Source: Acidobacteriota bacterium
GTDB lineage: Bacteria > Acidobacteriota > UBA6911 > RPQK01 > JAJDTT01
Assembly: GCA_965217775.1 (NCBI GenBank)
Contig: CBDCJH010000002.1
Span: 2,912,001-2,976,000, forward strand
Length of the DNA stretch: 64,000 nucleotides
Reading direction: 5' to 3'
This document shows, piece by piece, positions 59,652 to 64,000 of the stretch. The notes under the pieces were generated by a model. That model saw only the letters and a list, made by a program, of their open reading frames with translations. It was not told the origin of the DNA and made no database searches. A program made the translations under genes and the position numbers. Position 1 is the first letter of the stretch. Each line of letters begins with the position of its first letter.

Positions 59652-60407
59652 ATGAAGAATTCGTTACGAGACCGAGTCGCCCTGGTGACCGGAGGGGGCT
59701 CCGGAATTGGTCGAGCCGCCGCTCTGGCCTTCGCCCGGTCAGGAGCCAGGGTCGTCGTCTCCGACGTCGATCCGGAGAAAGGCGCCGAAACTGTCCGGAT
59801 GATGCCGGCATCGTCGACCTTCATCCAAGCCGACGTCTCCGTCACGTCTCAGGTGAAGGACCTGATCCGGCAAGCCGTCGAGCTCCATGGAAAGCTGGAT
59901 TGCGCGTTCAACAATGCGGGCATCGAGGGGGCCATCGCCCGACTCCACGAGTACCCGGATACGGCGTGGGACCGGATCATCCAAGTCAATCTCAAGGGAA
60001 CCTGGCTTTGCATGAAGTACGAGTTGCGGCAAATGCTGAAACTGGGGAAGGGCGCCATCGTCAACACTTCCTCGACCGCCGGACACGTCGGCTCCCGGGG
60101 CCGGATGTCCGCCTATATCGCCAGCAAGCACGGAGTCCTCGGCCTGACCAGGACCGCCGCCGTCGAGTACGGAGCCAAGGGGATCCGGGTCAACGCGCTC
60201 TGTCCGGGAGCTGTCCGGACACCCATGACCGAACGGCTCCTGGGGGCCGACCCCGAACGTGCCGAGCGGATGGCGCAGTTTATTCCCATGGCTCGATTCG
60301 GGACTCCGGACGAGGTTGCGGAAGCGGCCGTATGGCTCTGCAGCGACGCCGCCTCGTATGTCAATGGACTGGCGCTACCCATAGACGGCGGGTATCTGGC
60401 CCATTGA
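59652..60407 (+). CDS. Short-chain dehydrogenase/reductase
   Basis: TGGGSGIG, NNAG, YIASKHG, IDGG. Confidence 0.94.
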   Translation: MKNSLRDRVALVTGGGSGIGRAAALAFARSGARVVVSDVDPEKGAETVRMMPASSTFIQADVSVTSQVKDLIRQAVELHGKLDCAFNNAGIEGAIARLHEYPDTAWDRIIQVNLKGTWLCMKYELRQMLKLGKGAIVNTSSTAGHVGSRGRMSAYIASKHGVLGLTRTAAVEYGAKGIRVNALCPGAVRTPMTERLLGADPERAERMAQFIPMARFGTPDEVAEAAVWLCSDAASYVNGLALPIDGGYLAH

Positions 60408-60424
60408 ACGGGCTGGATGAGACG

Positions 60425-61198
60425 TTACTCACGAGTCGTGGCTGGGGTCAGCTCTCGAATCCGGATGTCCCGCAACAGGATGACGCTGGCGGGATCGTGG
60501 AGTTGAATGCCGATGGGCCCCGATTCGGGACGGCCGGGAATCGGAGTTCCCTCGGTGACCAGATGTCCGTTGAGGCGGACCCGGATCGATCCCCGCCGAA
60601 CCTCGATATCGAACACGTTCCAGTCATCCTCCTTGCGGAAGTCCTCGCGTGCCGACTGGACCATGTAGATGCTACCCGTCGGATCCTGCTCCACGTCCAG
60701 ATTGACGATCTGGACTTCGTAGGCGATCTGGGACGGGGTCCGGGCAAGGTCGGCCTCGGGACCGGACGTGTAGCGCCCCCGGCTCGGATCGTGCAGTGCA
60801 ATGCCGCTGTTGCCGCCCGCGGGAACCTTCCACTCCAGATGGAGGTCGTATTCGTAGAATTCCCGGCGGGTGTAGAGCCAGGCCTGGTTGATGACGACCT
60901 TGAAATCGGTCTTGAACCGGGAGCGGTTCAGACGCCCCTTCAGCCCATTGAGCCAGGGCTCGGGATCGGGCAGATCGAAGGGGTCCCACTGGCCCAGCAG
61001 ATAGCCTTCGGGAGTGGGGTTCCAGAGACCCGACCCGACGGACTCCCACCCCTCCAGATTCTCTCCGTTGAACAGGGCAAACCAATCGCTTGCACGAGTC
61101 TGCGCGGGAGTCAGCAGGAGCCACAACAGGACCCATCCGAATCCGACGCGAATTCCCCGCGCTTTCAGGAGGCGACTGGCTCTATGAATTCGCAACAC
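60425..61198 (-). CDS. DUF1080 (3-keto-disaccharide hydrolase-like) protein
   Basis: LFNGENLEGW, GNSGI, YEVQI, TGSIY, WN, GPIGIQLH, RDIRIREL; start uncertain. Confidence 0.85.
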   Translation of the reverse strand: MLRIHRASRLLKARGIRVGFGWVLLWLLLTPAQTRASDWFALFNGENLEGWESVGSGLWNPTPEGYLLGQWDPFDLPDPEPWLNGLKGRLNRSRFKTDFKVVINQAWLYTRREFYEYDLHLEWKVPAGGNSGIALHDPSRGRYTSGPEADLARTPSQIAYEVQIVNLDVEQDPTGSIYMVQSAREDFRKEDDWNVFDIEVRRGSIRVRLNGHLVTEGTPIPGRPESGPIGIQLHDPASVILLRDIRIRELTPATTRE

Positions 61199-61207
61199 TC
61201 CTGGAGT

Positions 61208-61234
61208 TTACCAGTCCGTGGTAAAAGTCGTCAC
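61208..61234 (+). repeat. Family A left-end relic
   Basis: TTAC-CAGTCCGTGGTAAAAGTCGTCAC. Confidence 0.65.
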
Positions 61235-61375
61235 AATCCGACACCTCGCCGATTCAGGCCGGCCGCGTCTATCAGACCTTTATGGAATCATGATCTTGAA
61301 TTTACGGATCGCACGCGGAACCAGGATATTCCGATCGGCCGCGGACAGATCATGGCTTGAGGGGAGACTGATCGA

Positions 61376-62848
61376 ATGAAGATCCTCACCGGCACCATCA
61401 GCCACGAAACCAGCACCTTCACTCCCGTTCCCACCACCATGCGGAGCTTCAGCGAGAGATTCGGGGAGCTTCAACCGGACCAGATCATCCCGAAGTTTCG
61501 GGGTGTCAACGTTCCCACCGGCGGGTTCATCGAGGCGGCTGAAGCTCACGGCTTCGAGCTGGTGCCGACCATTTTCGCCGAGGCCCTTCCCAGCAGTCCG
61601 GTCCCCCGGCGAGACCTGGACCGCCTTCTGGACCGGATGTTGGGTCTGATGAAGGCCGCGTCTCCGGCGGACGGGGTCCTGCTGGAGCTCCACGGCTCCA
61701 TGGCGGCCGAAGGCATCGACGACGGCGAGGCCTACATTCTGGCGGCGGTTCGAGATCTGGTGGGCCCCGAGGTTCCCATCGTCGGACAGTTGGACATCCA
61801 CTCCAACGTCTCGCACCGCATGGTCGAGCTGGCCGACGTCCTGATCGGACGAGAAACCTACCCTGAGGTGGACATGGCGGCGCGGGGCCGGGAGTGCGCC
61901 GACGTGATGGTCCGGATCGTCAGGGACGGTCTCCGTCCCACCATGGCCCTGTCCCAGATTCCCATGTTCTGGGGTCTGAACCAGGTGACCGCACACCCGC
62001 CCATGAGCGAAGCCATCGAGCGCCTGCACCGATTGGAGGCCGAACCGGGCGTCGTGGCCGCATCCATCGCCACCTGTTTTGCCTTGGCCGACGCACCCCA
62101 CGTGGGGGCCTCGGTCCACGTGGTCACGGACAACGACCCGGCCTCGGCCCGGCGCCACGCCGACGCACTGGCGGCGTGGATCTACCGGCGCCGGGCCGAT
62201 TGGCAACAGCATCTTCCCTCCACCCGGGAAGCCCTGGCCAAGGCGGAGATGCTGGGCCGGTATCCAGCGGTCTTCGCGGACAAAAACGACAATACGGGCG
62301 GCGGTTCTCCGGGGGACAGCACCGGCATGCTCAGAACCTTTCTGGACTCGGGGCTCAAGGACGCCTGCATCCTTTACATCGTGGATCACGAATCCGCGCT
62401 GGCCTGCCATCGCGCCGGTGTCGGCGCCACCGTATCGCTCCAGGTCGGTGGCAAATCGACCCCCAGCCAGGGACCGACGGTTCCCGTGGAGGCCGTGGTG
62501 GAAGCCGTCTCCCATGGAGATTTCGCCTACAACGGTCCCATGTACTCCGGCCTCCGGGGCAATATGGGAGTCTCGGCCCGGATCCGAGTCGACGGCGTCC
62601 ACATCCTGCTGGTCAGTGTCCGGGAGCAGCCCTTCGACACCGCCTTTTCGCGCACTCTGGGGCTCGATCCCAAGAAAATGAGATACATCGGGTTGAAATC
62701 AGCGGCGCACTTCCGCGCCGGCTACGAGGAGTGGGCCGGTCAGATCCAGGTCGTATCGGAGCCGGGGGTGCACAGTCCGGATGCTATCCATTACAAGCGG
62801 CTGGGGCGCCGAGTCTACCCACTCGGAGGAGTGAGGCGAGACACGTAG
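61376..62848 (+). CDS. M81 family metallopeptidase (MlrC-like)
   Basis: HETSTF, LELHGSM, DIHSN, YPEVD, DNTGGGSPGDST, LKSAAHFRA. Confidence 0.9.
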   Translation: MKILTGTISHETSTFTPVPTTMRSFSERFGELQPDQIIPKFRGVNVPTGGFIEAAEAHGFELVPTIFAEALPSSPVPRRDLDRLLDRMLGLMKAASPADGVLLELHGSMAAEGIDDGEAYILAAVRDLVGPEVPIVGQLDIHSNVSHRMVELADVLIGRETYPEVDMAARGRECADVMVRIVRDGLRPTMALSQIPMFWGLNQVTAHPPMSEAIERLHRLEAEPGVVAASIATCFALADAPHVGASVHVVTDNDPASARRHADALAAWIYRRRADWQQHLPSTREALAKAEMLGRYPAVFADKNDNTGGGSPGDSTGMLRTFLDSGLKDACILYIVDHESALACHRAGVGATVSLQVGGKSTPSQGPTVPVEAVVEAVSHGDFAYNGPMYSGLRGNMGVSARIRVDGVHILLVSVREQPFDTAFSRTLGLDPKKMRYIGLKSAAHFRAGYEEWAGQIQVVSEPGVHSPDAIHYKRLGRRVYPLGGVRRDT

Positions 62849-62869
62849 GGGCGACCCTTGTGGTCGCCC
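62845..62869 (+). repeat. Family B GTAG REP supplying the M81 stop codon
   Basis: GTAGGGGCGACCCTTGTGGTCGCCC; TAG at 62846-62848 is the stop. Confidence 0.8.
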
Positions 62870-63024
62870 GTTGCCGGGCGAGGTCCATGGCCCACAAGCA
62901 ACACCGTCAGGCGGCATCCAGCGCCGGTGGAAGGTCCCGGCAACTTTCGCCCAGGCCATTGGCTACTATGCGGTTACGAGCGCCAACGCTGGAATCCCGG
63001 AATTCGTGGCGAATGCCGCGGCCT

Positions 63025-63192
63025 CTAGCAGTCCGTGGTGAAAGTCTCGCGTAGCACCGAGACCGGGGCTGCGCCCGCCGGACAAGGCGCTTCGGAGGGA
63101 GCATACCGGGAGTATGTGACCGAGTCGCAACGCAGTCCGCCGGGATGCAGACCCGGTCGAATGCCGCGACGACTTTTGCCACGGACTGCTAA
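63025..63192 (-). mobile_element. Family A MITE, full copy (reverse)
   Basis: CTAG-CAGTCCGTGGTGAAAGTC ... GACTTTTGCCACGGACTG-CTAA. Confidence 0.88.
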
Positions 63193-63206
63193 GGAAGGGC
63201 GCAGGA

Positions 63207-64000
63207 ATGAACCCGCATCAACAGGACGAGCTCGCGGCCGTCAGCTCTCGTTTCGCAGTGCATGGTGAACTGGTTCGGATTCGTCCCTACGGAAACGGGC
63301 ACATCCACGACACCTACCTCGCCAGCTACCGGCATCGGGGGCAATGCAAGCGCTACGTTCATCAGCGAATCAACCAGCGGGTCTTCCGGGATCCGCCCGC
63401 CCTGATGGGAAACATTCAGCGAGTTACCCGGCATCTCAAGCACAAGCTGCGGCAGGCTGGAGTCGAGGATCTGAGCCGCTGTTCCCTGACTCTGGTACCG
63501 GCATGCGACGGCTCCAACTTTTTTCAAGACCCTGACGGAAACTACTGGCGCACCTACGACTTTGTCGAAGGCGCTTCGATCTACGACACCGTCGCCTCTC
63601 CCCGGATGGCCTACGAGGCGGCCCGCGCTTTCGGGCGCTTTCAGAACCTGCTCCTGGATCTGCCGCCCCCGCGTCTCGACGAGACCATCCCCGGCTTCCA
63701 CGATACGGAACTCCGTTACCGAAAGTTTCTCTCGGCGCTGGAGCGGGACCTGTGGAATCGAGCCCATGGCACCGGGGAAGAGATCCGATTCGCTCAGTCC
63801 TGCGAGTCGCTGATCCGGGTTCTGCCTCGCCTCCGGAATCAGGGCCGGCTGCCCGAGAGGGTCACTCACAACGACACCAAGATCAACAACGTCCTGCTGG
63901 ACGCGGCGACCGGCAAGATGCTGTGTGTCATCGATCTGGACACGGTCATGCCGGGCCTGTCCATTCATGATTTCGGAGACCTGATGCGAACCGGCTCCGG
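63207..64000 (+). CDS. Aminoglycoside-phosphotransferase-fold sugar kinase (N-acetylhexosamine 1-kinase-like), 3'-truncated
   Basis: Absent from the ORF track because it runs off the window. Manual translation gives MNPHQQDEL...YGNGHIHDTY...QRIN...THNDTKINNVLLD...VIDLDTVMPG...DFGD. Confidence 0.88.
   Translation, partial: MNPHQQDELAAVSSRFAVHGELVRIRPYGNGHIHDTYLASYRHRGQCKRYVHQRINQRVFRDPPALMGNIQRVTRHLKHKLRQAGVEDLSRCSLTLVPACDGSNFFQDPDGNYWRTYDFVEGASIYDTVASPRMAYEAARAFGRFQNLLLDLPPPRLDETIPGFHDTELRYRKFLSALERDLWNRAHGTGEEIRFAQSCESLIRVLPRLRNQGRLPERVTHNDTKINNVLLDAATGKMLCVIDLDTVMPGLSIHDFGDLMRTGS

Noticed and set aside
59558-59845. N-terminal extensions of the PQQ dehydrogenase and the SDR implying a head-to-head overlap
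   Set aside because: Better starts at 59557(-) and 59652(+) leave a normal divergent spacer.

Overview
High-GC bacterial chromosome segment, most consistent with an Acidobacteriota genome (Acidobacteria-type Hfq-like, VWA and PQQ-quinoprotein genes). A Sup-type type I PKS plus free ACP at the left edge suggests a sponge symbiont; both taxonomy and habitat are inference. Most of the window is housekeeping: dnaJ, nrdJ, yggS, tmk-holB-ricT, pepA-smpB, rml/glycosyltransferases, gpmI-eno, exbB/exbD/exbD, two sigma54-type two-component systems (one regulator frameshifted), rlmB, xerC, rpsO-pnp-larB, dnaG-rpoD-tRNA(CAT), katG, a PQQ dehydrogenase, an M81 peptidase and a partial sugar kinase. The most unusual signal is a layer of three short non-autonomous repeat families. 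(A) A 156-170 bp hairpin MITE with about 18-bp TIRs and YTAR-like flanks, present as 6 full copies and 4 fragments. It shows compensatory base changes between copies and has contributed in-frame sequence to the PKS linker and to the RmlA C-terminus. (B) GTAG-type REPs, 5 loci. (C) A 138-bp MITE with 3 lone-end relics. Other items worth a look: a His-for-Tyr KR and a dead AT in the PKS, a degenerate Fic protein, a 49-bp AT-rich palindrome, a near-consensus sigma54 promoter ahead of the operon with the broken activator, an in-frame VNTR in pnp, and a CX4CH cytochrome c separated from a quinoprotein gene by katG. No CRISPR array, rRNA, transposase or prophage was seen.
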